Positions 25,503-38,016 are shown, counted from the whole stretch's first letter. The stretch is DNA of 63,106 bases, filler included, from Octopus bimaculoides (GCF_001194135.2; 6 parts of 5 records of this genome joined end to end with filler, not necessarily neighbours in it), one strand, 5' to 3'. The notes: generated from the sequence alone by a model not told the origin. A program made the numbers and translations.

Positions 25503-25939
25503 TATATATATATAAACAATATATGAGTATATGCATATATATATGTACATGTATGTACATACCTTCATCTACATGTACATATAGATACATAACTGGGTAC
25601 ATGACGTGGCAAAAGGCCATGGACAAAATAATAAACAAGGTACAACAAACAAGCAAGCCACATAGAAACATCTCCTTCAACAGCTGCCACCATTAAAACA
25701 CTGGCGTTTCGAAGAATTAAGGCAGTACGCATCGTTGAAATGGTTTNNNNNNNNNNNNNNNNNNNNNNNNNNNNNNNNNNNNNNNNNNNNTTAATTAATT
25801 AANNNNNNNNNNNNNNNNNNNNNNNNNNNNNNNNNNNNNNNNNNNNCGTACACACACACAGACACACACACACACACACTTTCAAACACACAGACACACA
25901 TACGTACACACACACACACCGTCCCCAGATCGCTAGCCA

Positions 25940-26090
25940 CTACACATTCTTTATTTTCTCTCCCTGTTTCTTTCTGTGTTCCATTCTGTGGAAGAGCGTA
26001 GGCTCGAAACGTTAAAGACTTTTTCACTTCCCGAGCGTTAAACTAATACATCTGTTTGTTGTTTACACACCTGTCATCGTCTTTTTTTTT
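25940..26090 (+). repeat. Penelope-type terminal repeat with hammerhead-like motif (copy 2)
   Basis: ttctgtggaagagcgtaggctcgaaacgttaaagac...cccgagcgttaaactaatac. Confidence 0.6.
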
Positions 26091-26109
26091 GTGAATTCTC
26101 CCTTCCTAT

Positions 26110-26700
26110 CACATATTCGTTCGAAGTCGACGGCCAATTTTGAATTTAGTGGCGCGTCGGGAGAATCGACTGGCGCTAAGGCTGCAGGATAATGGACGCA
26201 GTCTGAATTCATCAACTACCGTTCTCCAACGGCATTTGTATGACTCACACTCGCCGAGACCGAGGCGTTGCACTACTTCAATACGAATGCACACATCACC
26301 TAGAAGGGTACCGGTAGATGAAGAAAGCACAGAATCGATCCATGTTCCGCTGTTTGGCTGCGAAGCCTTAGTGTCGATCTCCCCTCTTAGGCAGTCGCAG
26401 AGAACCATCATCAAGATCCCCAAGGCTGCTCATGATTTTGTTTCCAAAGCCCTAGCGCCGTCCATAGACCAGGCACTTGCTATCAACAGTCCGCAAGCCT
26501 GGAACAAATTATTCCATTTTGCGATGCTCGTTCATGGGTTCCCGAAGGCAGGTGAGGTTTCGACTCCCTCTTTGACTTCGAGGCTTAGATGCAACATCTC
26601 TACCTTCAGAAACTCCTCACCAACTGGCCTCTCGCTTCTATCGGGTTGCCCATCGTCACCGACGTCGTGCATGCAGCCGAAAACGGTTAGGAACCCTTGA
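26110..26700 (+). mobile_element. Probable CRE-like non-LTR retrotransposon fragment (region upstream of RT)
   Basis: GC-richer island with IIKIPKAAHDFVSKALAPSIDQALAINSPQAWNKLFHFA...PSLTSRLRCN, resembling the pre-RT segment of metazoan CRE-clade elements as I recall it. Confidence 0.5.
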
Positions 26701-27622
26701 TGTAGTACTACACACATTACATGTTGTGTTCGAATTTAACCGGGATCGAGTTTGCCCTTCGTCTTCCGTGATTCATAATAGAAGTATGAGACATTAGACA
26801 TAATTTTTTAATGTACTTTGTATCGCAAGCTATTAAACTACCAATATTTGTCTGAAAGAAACCGTGTTGCTAAGTCATTGTGTTTGTGGTAAAAGTGAAT
26901 TCGTTTTCTATAAAACTCGAGATTGTATGACTTCTTAAATGTTATTGTACTACGAACTTAGCAAATAAGTTGCCAAAATGCCCAATTTGAACTTTCTATT
27001 CCCATTCATTGTGTAATTGTTTTTAACATACAGTGAATGAAGAAATCAGCCATGAAAAGTTATTTACTATTTCTTCTGTAACTAAACTGTTATTGATTGT
27101 ATTTATTGTAATCTATATTTATTAAATTAAACTCAATCGTTGAACTGATGATTTTTCTTATCACTATGGCTATAATATCACTGAATTAAGATTTCTTGGC
27201 ACATTGGCTCAAGTATGCTACCTGCTATTTTACTATTTGTTTTTAATATTGCAGGTGTCTCTTGGTACTTTCCCAGTAAATCTTTTAAGCTATCACGTCT
27301 CCCAGTGATCATTCACTGTAGTCCAATATCCTCTCTGTTCAGTCTGAGAAGTGGCAATAGGCTGTGGCTCACTGATGAGATCTACTTATGAAATACGCCC
27401 GGAGTTGTCGCTCTACTGCATTCTACATTTCATTAATTTTAATAAACTAATTAACGCTTCAGGATCGTCTCCCCTGCCTCTCCTCATCAGAATTAGTAAT
27501 TAGAATAACGATTTTTCTTCACACGATGCGTGTAATTTTAATTAAATAGTAAAAAAAAAAATATTGATTGGTTCACATCAACACTACAGTGGCTGCTTTT
27601 GATTTAATCAGGTTCATTCTTA

Positions 27623-27676
<54 letters not shown>

Positions 27677-28528
27677 NNNNNNNNNNNNNNNNNNNNNNNN
27701 NNNGGGAGGCAAAAGGAAATGTGAGACACTCACGCCTTTGTCAACTCTTTGCTTTTCCATTTTCACAAGTTTGTCCTAAACGTCCATGCTTGTTTTAGAC
27801 TTTTAGTTATGGGAGGTTAATTTGGTTTAGCAGGCGTTGCTATATTTTCGAAACTTTAAAATGTGCATCATATATGATGCATAGACGCCAGGGAGATATA
27901 TATAAGATGTGATACACAAAACAGGCAAAGAGTGCATTAGTGGTAGAGCTGAATTAAATAGAACCTCTCAGAAATCGAAAACGGGATGTAGATTCGTTTC
28001 TCTTCGGTTGATCCTTATTCAACAGCTTTCACCACTATTGATACGATTCAAATAAAGAACTGCTACTTGGCTGCTCGACTTGCGAGAAACACTAACCAAA
28101 GATGCTTCAAATCACGTCCGATTCTTTCAAAAATAAAATGACAGGATACTTTATATAAAGTTTTCTTTTTATAATACTATTTCCTGTAATTTTCCCTTTC
28201 TATAATTTAATAATTGGGCTTGATGAATACACAGGAGAAAGAAATATATGAATTTATAATGAATGAATAAATATATAGAATTTTTGATGTCTATTGTAAT
28301 CAAAACAATTATAACATTAAATAGAAACAAACAGAAAAAAAAGAGATAAGAAAAAGAAAGAAAAGAAAAAAGGGACCGGTGGGTTAAAGCAGCAAAAGTT
28401 GAAAGTGGAGGGGGCGATGGGCCACATTAATGTTTGAAAAAAATGTGATGGTCACAGCTGAAACGCTTTTGATTATTGGTCTGCTACATCACATCTGGTT
28501 AAGGACTGAATACCTATAGCAGCAGTAG

Positions 28529-28851
28529 TGGAGGTGCAATGGCCCAGTGGTTAGGGCAGCGGACTCGCGGTCAAAGGATCGCGGTTTCGATTCTCAAACT
28601 GGGTGTTGTGAGTGTTTATTGAGCGAAAACACCTAAAAGCTCCACGAGGTTCCGGCAGGAGATGGTGACGAACCCTGCTGTACTCTTCCACCACAACTTT
28701 CTCTCACTCTTACTTCCTGTTTCTGTTGTGCCTGTAATTCAAAGGGTCAGCCTTGTCACACTGTGTCACGCTGAATATCTCTGAGAACTACATTAAGGGT
28801 ACACGTGTGTGTGGAGTGCTCAGCCACTTGCACGTTAATTTCACGAGCAGG
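28529..28851 (+). mobile_element. tRNA-derived SINE, family C
   Basis: ggaggtgcaatggcccagtggttagggc...ggtttcgattc...cagccacttgcacgttaatttcacgagcagg; cut by a gap. Confidence 0.9.
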
Positions 28852-29881
28852 NNNNNNNNNNNNNNNNNNNNNNNNNNNNNNNNNNNNNNNNNNNNNNNNN
28901 NNNNNNNNNNNNNNNNNNNNNNNNNNNNNNNNNNNNNNNNNNNNNNNNNNNNNNNNNNNNNNNNNNNNNNNNNNNNNNNNNNNNNNNNNNNNNNNNNNNN
29001 NNNNNNNNNNNNNNNNNNNNNNNNNNNNNNNNNNNNNNNNNNNNNNNNNNNNNNNNNNNNNNNNNNNNNNNNNNNNNNNNNNNNNNNNNNNNNNNNNNNN
29101 NNNNNNNNNNNNNNNNNNNNNNNNNNNNNNNNNNNNNNNNNNNNNNNNNNNNNNNNNNNNNNNNNNNNNNNNNNNNNNNNNNNNNNNNNNNNNNNNNNNN
29201 NNNNNNNNNNNNNNNNNNNNNNNNNNNNNNNNNNNNNNNNNNNNNNNNNNNNNNNNNNNNNNNNNNNNNNNNNNNNNNNNNNNNNNNNNNNNNNNNNNNN
29301 NNNNNNNNNNNNNNNNNNNNNNNNNNNNNNNNNNNNNNNNNNNNNNNNNNNNNNNNNNNNNNNNNNNNNNNNNNNNNNNNNNNNNNNNNNNNNNNNNNNN
29401 NNNNNNNNNNNNNNNNNNNNNNNNNNNNNNNNNNNNNNNNNNNNNNNNNNNNNNNNNNNNNNNNNNNNNNNNNNNNNNNNNNNNNNNNNNNNNNNNNNNN
29501 NNNNNNNNNNNNNNNNNNNNNNNNNNNNNNNNNNNNNNNNNNNNNNNNNNNNNNNNNNNNNNNNNNNNNNNNNNNNNNNNNNNNNNNNNNNNNNNNNNNN
29601 NNNNNNNNNNNNNNNNNNNNNNNNNNNNNNNNNNNNNNNNNNNNNNNNNNNNNNNNNNNNNNNNNNNNNNNNNNNNNNNNNNNNNNNNNNNNNNNNNNNN
29701 NNNNNNNNNNNNNNNNNNNNNNNNNNNNNNNNNNNNNNNNNNNNNNNNNNNNNNNNNNNNNNNNNNNNNNNNNNNNNNNNNNNNNNNNNNNNNNNNNNNN
29801 NNNNNNNNNNTTCTTTTCTCTTCCCCTCCTCCTTCTCATCTCCCCCATAGCCACCGACCCCTACCTCCTCCTCCTCCTACC

Positions 29882-29922
<41 letters not shown>

Positions 29923-30375
29923 CAGCAATATAAATTAAATTAACCACCACATACGCCTCCAGTCCCAGCACCAGTACCACCAACACCACACGCACCACCG
30001 CAACGACCACCACCTTAACACTCTTCAATTACAACCATCTGTCATTATCAACAGTAACACGATTCCTCTTTCAAAAATAACTACTTTCAAACACACACAC
30101 AGACACGCACACATACATGCACACTCGTACGTACCCAAACGCACACATGCACATACACATAGACACAAATATTAGTTGTCTGTCTCAGTCGACGATCATC
30201 AAACATCCCGGCAATATGATCCAGTGAAGAACTGAACTGCACTAGCCAGTAGCTACATATGTTAATGTTTCGTGTGTCTGGTAGCAAGACATTGTCTCAC
30301 CGATACCTGTTATCATTGTTATATGACCTCACTTTCATTCATTTACACCCCACTTTCACACACGGGAGTCTGTGT

Positions 30376-30414
<39 letters not shown>

Positions 30415-30908
30415 NNNNNNNNNNNNNNNNNNNNNNNNNNNNNNNNNNNNNNNNNNNNNNNNNNNNNNNNNNNNNNNNNNNNNNNNNNNNNNNNNNNNNN
30501 NNNNNNNNNNNNNNNNNNNNNNNNNNNNNNNNNNNNNNNNNNNNNNNNNNNNNNNNNNNNNNNNNNNNNNNNNNNNNNNNNNNNNNNNNNNNNNNNNNNN
30601 NNNNNNNNNNNNNNNNNNNNNNNNNNNNNNNNNNNNNNNNNNNNNNNNNNNNNNNNNNNNNNNNNNNNNNNNNNNNNNNNNNNNNNNNNNNNNNNNNNNN
30701 NNNNNNNNNNNNNNNNNNNNNNNNNNNNNNNNNNNNNNNNNNNNNNNNNNNNNNNNNNNNNNNNNNNNNNNNNNNNNNNNNNNNNNNNNNNNNNNNNNNN
30801 NNNNNNNNNNNNNNNNNNNNNNNNNNNNNNNNNNNNNNNNNNNNNNNNNNNNNNNNNNNNNNNNNNNNNNNNNNNNNNNNNNNNNNNNNNNNNNNNNNNN
30901 NNNNNNNN

Positions 30909-31285
30909 TTGTTGGCACTCCGTCGCTTACGACGTCGAGGGTTCTAGTTGATCCGATCAACGGAACAGCCTGTTCGTGAAATTAACGTGCAAGTGGCTGA
31001 GCACTCCACAGACACGTGTACCCTTAACGTAGTTCTCGGGGATATTCAGCGTGACACAGAGTGTGACAAGGCGGGCCCTTCGAATTACAGGCACAACAGA
31101 AACAGGAAGAAAGAGTGAGAGAAAGTTGTGGTGAAAGAGTACAGCAGGGTTCGCCACCATCCCCTGCCGGAGCCTCGTGGAGCTTTAGGTGTTTTTGTTC
31201 AATAAACACTCACAACGCCCGGTCTGGGAATCGAAACCGCGATCCTATGACCGCTGCCCTAACCACTGGGACATTGCGCCTCCAC
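30909..31285 (-). mobile_element. SINE family C (full length)
   Basis: Reverse-complement of the 28529 copy plus 3' tail gatcggatcaactagaaccctcgacgtcgtaagcgacggagtgcc. Confidence 0.9.
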
Positions 31286-31324
31286 TTATAGCAACTCATC
31301 ATAATGCATATCTACAATAGGGGC

Positions 31325-32120
31325 GGGACACAATGAGTAATATTTACAGCATTTTTAACTTTGAGAAAAAAAAATTACAAATGTACATTATCTTATTAAA
31401 ACTATATAAGCGAAGCAAATGACCTGTAAATGCATTGAAAACACTGTCACATTCAGAACTCTATTTCAGAAAATTATCACCGTTCTCTTTGAGCGTATAA
31501 AAGACAAATTTACGTGGGGTAAAATAAGACACAGTAAGGTAAATTTTCCAGAGTTGCACTTGAAAAAAGACTCATACACATCATTTTTCACCTTTAAATA
31601 TCAGAAAGAGGAGAAATGCAATAAAAATTTAAAATATCTAAGACAAATGAAAAAGCATCTTGGGAAAACTATATAAAATTAATGAAAACTCAGCATAAAA
31701 TATTCTCTATAGTTTCTTCACGATCTGATGGAGTGGCTCTCTTCCTAATATATTTACGTTCAAGAAAAGGAATTATTGAAATTAGTCAATACTCATTTTG
31801 ATCCGCTTTACACATCACTTTTTGAGAATTGAAAATTATCAAATTAGATATTAGTGTGGGAAGAAATTTTGATTGTTAAACACCAAAACTTATCCAGATA
31901 ATTAATACTGAGTGAAACCTGAGTAAAAATTTGTTGAAAAAAAAATGATTTGTCAGCTATGTTTGAAATTTTCTCAACTTCAACAACAACAGTAACAACT
32001 ATGGTAACCAATTTTTATTCCCAAAAGGGATGCAACAATGATGATGCAATACATTCAATGTAATAATTTCAAACAGATAGGGAAAAAATAACGAGAAATC
32101 ATAAATTACTTACTATGCTC
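31325..32120. repeat. Unclassified ~800-bp repeat, copy 1 (copy 2 at about 40255-41130, same orientation)
   Basis: Colinear blocks: aactttgagaaaaa, ctgtaaatgcatt, aaaaagactcatacacatc, cataaaatattctctatag, attagtgtggga, internal (CAA)n. Confidence 0.85.
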
Positions 32121-32139
32121 TTTCTCACAAAAAGATACT

Positions 32140-32541
32140 CTTTTACTCTTTTATTTGTTTCAGTCATTTGACTGCGGCCATGCTGGAGCACTACCTTTAG
32201 TCGAGAAAATCGACCCCGGGACTTATTCTTTATAAGCCTAGTACTTATTCTATCGGTATATTTTACCGAACCGCTAAGTGACGGAGATATAAACACACCA
32301 ACATCGGTTGTCAAGCAATGCTAGGGGGACAAACAGACACACACACACACATATATATACATATATATATATATATATAACGGACTTCTTTCAGTTTCCG
32401 TCTACCAAATCCACTCACAAGGCTTTGGTCGGCCCGAGGCTATAGAAGAAGACACTTGCCCAAGATGCCACGCAGTGGGACTGAACCCGGAACCATGTAG
32501 TTGGTAAGCAAGCTACTTACCACACAGCCACTCCTGCGCCT
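32140..32541 (-). mobile_element. SINE family B (full length)
   Basis: Reverse-complement match to 24645-24990. Confidence 0.9.
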
Positions 32542-32824
32542 ATAAATTATATAAATTATTTAATTTGTTTTCTCATGCATATTGTTTTTGCCGACAAAAA
32601 AATGCACGTTGCAATATTTTAAAACATACCAACGGAAGTTTGTAGACGTAGCCCTTACCAACTATACATTAGAGTTTAACTCGTTTTTATTGTTTTATAT
32701 CACTGTATCATTTAATCTGACGTTGTTTATACAGATTACGACATGACACAGGCTCCCCGAATCAAGTGAGCCTTGTTTTAGTTTCCTCGAATCCCAACAA
32801 ACATTTCCTCCTTTCCCATTTCAC

Positions 32825-32906
32825 CTATAATTGGTACAGCCACAGCCAACTGTTCCAGTATTCTACAGGTTTTGTGCTGCTCACTTGTCAGCAGAAACCG
32901 ACTGGT
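32825..32906 (-). CDS. Candidate exon (82 nt, phase 0 to 1): TSRFLLTSEQHKTCRILEQLAVAVPII
   Basis: Acceptor tcttgaaccttag, donor ATAG|gtgaaa; competes with a plus-strand reading (see findings). Confidence 0.25.
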
Positions 32907-33720
32907 CTAAGGTTCAAGATCTCAAGATTGCATTGCTTGGCCAATACAATATCTATTCGAGTCCACAGATATGAGCGTTATTTCGAATCCCATTTTTGGT
33001 ATTGCCCCCCCCACCCTCCACCGTTTACTGTTATTCATTTGTCATTTACTATGACTCTTGACTACAATACATACATACATACATACATACATACCACCAC
33101 CACCACCACCACCATCACCACCACCACCACCGNNNNNNNNNNNNNNNNNNNNNNNNNNNNNNNNNNNNNNNNNNNNNNNNNNNNNNNNNNNNNNNNNNNN
33201 NNNNNNNNNNNNNNNNNNNNNNNNNNNNNNNNNNNNNNNNNNNNNNNNNNNNNNNNNNNNNNNNNNNNNNNNNNNNNNNNNNNNNNNNNNNNNNNNNNNN
33301 NNNNNNNNNNNNNNNNNNNNNNNNNNNNNNNNNNNNNNNNNNNNNNNNNNNNNNNNNNNNNNNNNNNNNNNNNNNNNNNNNNNNNNNNNNNNNNNNNNNN
33401 NNNNNNNNNNNNNNNNNNNNNNNNNNNNNNNNNNNNNNNNNNNNNNNNNNNNNNNNNNNNNNNNNNNNNNNNNNNNNNNNNNNNNNNNNNNNNNNNNNNN
33501 NNNNNNNNNNNNNNNNNNNNNNNNNNNNNNNNNNNNNNNNNNNNNNNNNNNNNNNNNNNNNNNNNNNNNNNNNNNNNNNNNNNNNNNNNNNNNNNNNNNN
33601 NNNNNNNNNNNNNNNNNNNNNNNNNNNNNNNNNNNNNNNNNNNNNNNNNNNNNNNNNNNNNNNNNNNNNNNNNNNNNNNNNNNNNNNNNNNNNNNNNNNN
33701 NNNNNNNNNNNNNNNNNNNN

Positions 33721-33757
<37 letters not shown>

Positions 33758-34204
33758 GAAAGAGAAATCGATTCCCAGTACTTCAGCACTGGTGCTTTAT
33801 TTATCGACGCTGAAAGAATGAACTGCAGCAAATGTAATCTTAGCGGGATTGAAACTGATTTAAACGCAGATTCCTGAACCTATGCCATCAGGTATTCTAA
33901 CAGGCAAACTCTGCCAATTCGCAAACCCATCTACTTCTCCACCAATCATAACCCTAATATCTCTTCACCGTTTCTTTTTCTCTCCTTGCTCTTCTTAAAC
34001 ATCGTTGATATCTACTCCACTCACACCTTGTTGCAACCATTCTACGCGATTACCAGCAAAGAAGCATCTATCTCTACACGGTCGCTCCATCTGCAAAGAA
34101 TATTAGACAATCTTCTTTAAATCGTATCATTTGCTTCATAAAAAAGTTGGAATGTCTTTCATCATTAGTCTGCGGTATCAGGACAGATCTGACTCCAAAC
34201 CGCC

Positions 34205-34223
34205 GCCGCCGCTATCGTCATCG

Positions 34224-34277
<54 letters not shown>

Positions 34278-34380
34278 TCATCATCATCATTAGCAGCAGC
34301 AACGTCATCATCGGCTACGTCATCATCTTCATCATCATCATCATTTTCATCATCATCATCATCAGCAACAACGTCATCAT
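34205..34380. repeat. Compound (TCG)n/(TCA)n microsatellite
   Basis: Direct inspection; explains the poly-Ser ORF. Many other (AT)n, (AC)n, (AG)n, (AAT)n, (ATAC)n and (CTT)n tracts occur throughout, often at gap edges. Confidence 0.95.
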
Positions 34381-34608
34381 TCCTTTCCTTTCACTTCTCT
34401 TTCCATTCTTTTCCCCTTTTTCTCTTTTTTTTTTATCTGTACACGCTTTCACCATATGGTGAGGTGTTTATGTCATTCTGTCGGCGGAATATCGTTTACG
34501 AATGGGAAACATTCGCAGTTAATACAGACCAACAACGTCACTTGTCTTCAACTGAAAGAGTAAATGTTATTAGAACGAGAGATCAGAATGATAGAGATAG
34601 ATAGACAG

Positions 34609-34731
<123 letters not shown>

Positions 34732-35871
34732 GAGAGATGGGTAGATAAGATTTCGGAAAACATCTATCTCCTCCGCTACGCCATGTCCATGATCAAGACA
34801 CTTAGCTATTAACCCATGTTTAAGACACTTAGCTTTTATCTGTCTCTATAACTAATTGTAAACGAATGAGTGAACGAGGATACCCGTAAGTCACTAGTTC
34901 ACAGTCTGGGATCCGTGTGCTCCGTTCAAGATATTAAAAGGCTTCAATGAAGAATGTATAATATTCATTTACATATAAAAGTTCATTTACGCATATTTTC
35001 AATTGAGAGATGAAACTGGGAAAACTAGTTTGTTGTTAGTTAATAAAAATCGGCTTATTAAGTACACTGCTATTTCTAAAGTCAGGGATCCGTGGGAAAA
35101 TCAATTTAAATAAAAGGGCTCCTTGATAGGGAAAAGTTTGGGATTCATTGCTCTAGGCAGGCGTTCGACCTACTAGAAATATCAGCTAAATCTTCCTCAG
35201 ATCATACTGTCACATTAAAAATTAGGTCACATGGAATGCTCAGTTTGGTTTAATCGGGACCTTAAAAATAGGTCGCATGAAATTGTTCAGTTTGGGTTGA
35301 CCGAGTGCTAAACAATAATAGCAATACGCTGTAGATCCTACTTTTAGTCACAGAGTAAGTGACGCAGACTAGAAATAAGCCGATGTTCGAAGCAGCACTG
35401 TAAACTTGATGAATGACTCGATTAGCTCGTTGAATCGTTGTGTTGAATTTAATCTTCTCTGGAGCGTAAAGCTTGAAGAGAGATAACCCCTACCCGACTG
35501 CTTTGTCCTTGATACACAACCGAATGATTGAGTCTTCAGTGGTAGTCCTACGAACCGATGGCTCAAAGAACACGGCACGCATCACCATCGAATTTCTATA
35601 CCATGCTGAGAGTGTTTTTTTTAATGTTTTTATTGTTATAGGATTGTGTTGACCAAGTTTCTCAACCTGAAATCCCAAAACTCCCAGGTCTCCAAAAAAG
35701 AAAATGCTGGTAGTCCATGAATTGAGTTTGAAATTTGTTGAGTTGCCAAACTCCTGAGAGGTCGTAAGTAAATTCAGTTAAATAGAAGGAGTCCTTGATT
35801 GGTAAAAAGTTGGGAGTTAATGGAGCAGACCTATGATAAAAATAAGAAAAACAACAACATTGGTTTCAAAT

Positions 35872-36064
35872 TTCGGAACAGAGCCAGCAAGTTCGGGGTA
35901 GAGGGTAAGCCGATTACATCAACCACTATGCTCGACTGCTACTTATTTTATCGACTCCGAAAGGAGAAGTCGACTTCGGCAGAATTTGAACTCAGAGCGT
36001 AAAGCGGGACGAAATGCCGCTAAGCATTTTACCCGGCGTGCTAACGATTCTGCCAGCTCGCCAC
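35872..36064 (-). mobile_element. SINE family A
   Basis: Reverse copy: ...gaatttgaactcagagcgt...cgattctgccagctcgcc. Confidence 0.85.
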
Positions 36065-37512
36065 CCTCCTGCAATAAAAATATTCCAACTATAAACATTT
36101 CATAATTTTTTCATGTCTAGTGTATCGAAAACTACATTATCTTATACGTCCTTCACTTTTTTAAAGAAGGTGATTTGAAGGTGATTTGGTTGCTATTTAT
36201 ACCATGTCCACCAACCACGTAGAGACTCCTTTGTTGGCTTGTTCTGTTTCTTTATTACTGGCAAATAATTTCTGTGTGTATTCTAGTTTGGTTATGATAA
36301 ATTACTCCGACTACAGTGTTGTATCATGGCTCTAACTGTATCACCTATTCTCTGCTTCTTGTTTCTGAAGCAGGGTTTTTTGCATTAAAATATTTCATTC
36401 ACGCCGTTAGGCGTCACTATGAAATATCTAAAGCATAGCGCCGGATCCTATCTAGCTTTAAATTAGATACTTTTATGAAGCAATAAAATTGTTATGGAAA
36501 TCGCATGGCCTCCATCTACAGATTAGTGAAATCCCACCAGATTTAAGAAAATCCACATAATCCTTTGAAAATCCTCACTAGAATGTTAAGATATTGTTAC
36601 ACTGACTAATCTTATAGTCATCAATTAAAAACTAGTATAAGAGTCTATATGTAGACAGTTTTGTAATTTTTTAAATAAAAGTATTTCAAAATAGATCTAA
36701 TGCTATGTGAGAAGTTTTTTTTAGCCTAGAGATATCTAAGCTATGTGAAATAACTATACTGTAACAAAGTGGTATAAGATAAGAAGGTGATAAAATATTT
36801 AACGAAGGGAGGAAAAAATTCTAATTAATTAAAATTAAGCCTGTAGTCAATACAAAAGGTAGTCTTAATGATAATTATTGCAAAGAAAGGCAAGGGAAAC
36901 AACTTTGAAATTCCGATTGGTAAAAAAGTTGAATTAGGTTATATAGGAAAGATTTAATGTGAGTAAATACCTGTATGCTTTGTTCTTATTAAACTGCCCC
37001 AGTAAATCATGGTTTTATACATATTTCCCAAATCTAGAAACTTTGTAAAGTTCATCATTAACGACGGAAGTTGTATGAGTTCAAAATTAGTGATCTGAAT
37101 ACATACTTTAGGTGTATATGTGTTGAACACTTTACTAAACTATGATATTCATCTTGAGAAAAGATTTTTTTTATCGACATATAGTGTAAAAAAAAAAATT
37201 TAGAAAAATTATCAGCAGCTGGCGAAGGTCGTCCAGCATTGTCAGTGAAATTGCTGTTAGCTTTTTCAGCAGCAAATATCCATGTCACCTCATATCGAGC
37301 AAACACCGGCCTTTAGCTTATAGAGTTAAACTATGATCGAAAGATTACTTGATGTCGTGTTTAGCTAGTAAGCTGAACAGGAATTCATATCCTATGTAGA
37401 ATAACCACACAGTAACTGAGATAACCAGTTGTTGTGTAACGTTTTAGTATAGTGTGTTGCGTTTTGAGAGAGGTTCTGGCAATTATTTCTAGCTAGTCGA
37501 CTGACCGTATAG

Positions 37513-37951
37513 CAGTGTTTTTCAAATGGGAGCCAAGCCCTCTCTAAGAGGGCTGGCGAGGACTAAAAAAAAGAGAAGTCAAATTGCTATGTTTAATTAA
37601 GATATTGCTGTCGGGAGGGCCATTATGCCAATGATAAACACATGCACTGGTTCAATTTCACTTCTTTATTATTTCTCAATTGGTTAGCTATCCAAGCAAC
37701 TAACTAATTGATTGTATAATTAATTATTCGGTTAATCAATCAATCGTGTTGGTTAAAATTATTTCCTTAATCAAACTTTTTAAACTTTCCAATAACTATG
37801 GTGAAGAAGGAAGAATTATATGACTACAAACCCTATTTTGTTTTCTCATTTATAAGGAGCTGTTGTTGTTAATGGTGGTGAAGTGTATAAATTAACTAAT
37901 ATTTCTTTTGCGGCAGTGACAGCCATGGTATTTTCAGTCTGAGAATCACTG
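37513..37951 (+). mobile_element. Probable hAT MITE
   Basis: cagtgtttttcaaa ... ctgagaatcactg termini; no TSD recognised. Confidence 0.45.
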
Positions 37952-37984
37952 GCTTCCAGTTGTTGTTGTTGTTTTTGTTGTTAT

Positions 37985-38016
<32 letters not shown>

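Noticed and set aside
27372-27410. CTGATGA...GAAA hammerhead-like string
   Set aside because: Stems I, II and III cannot be formed.
32920-32965. LKIALLGQ resembling a small-GTPase P-loop start
   Set aside because: No GK(S/T) follows.
33990-34560. Further minus-strand exon candidates (34025-34090 and about 34455-34551)
   Set aside because: Good splice motifs, but several mutually exclusive frames fit; too speculative to model.
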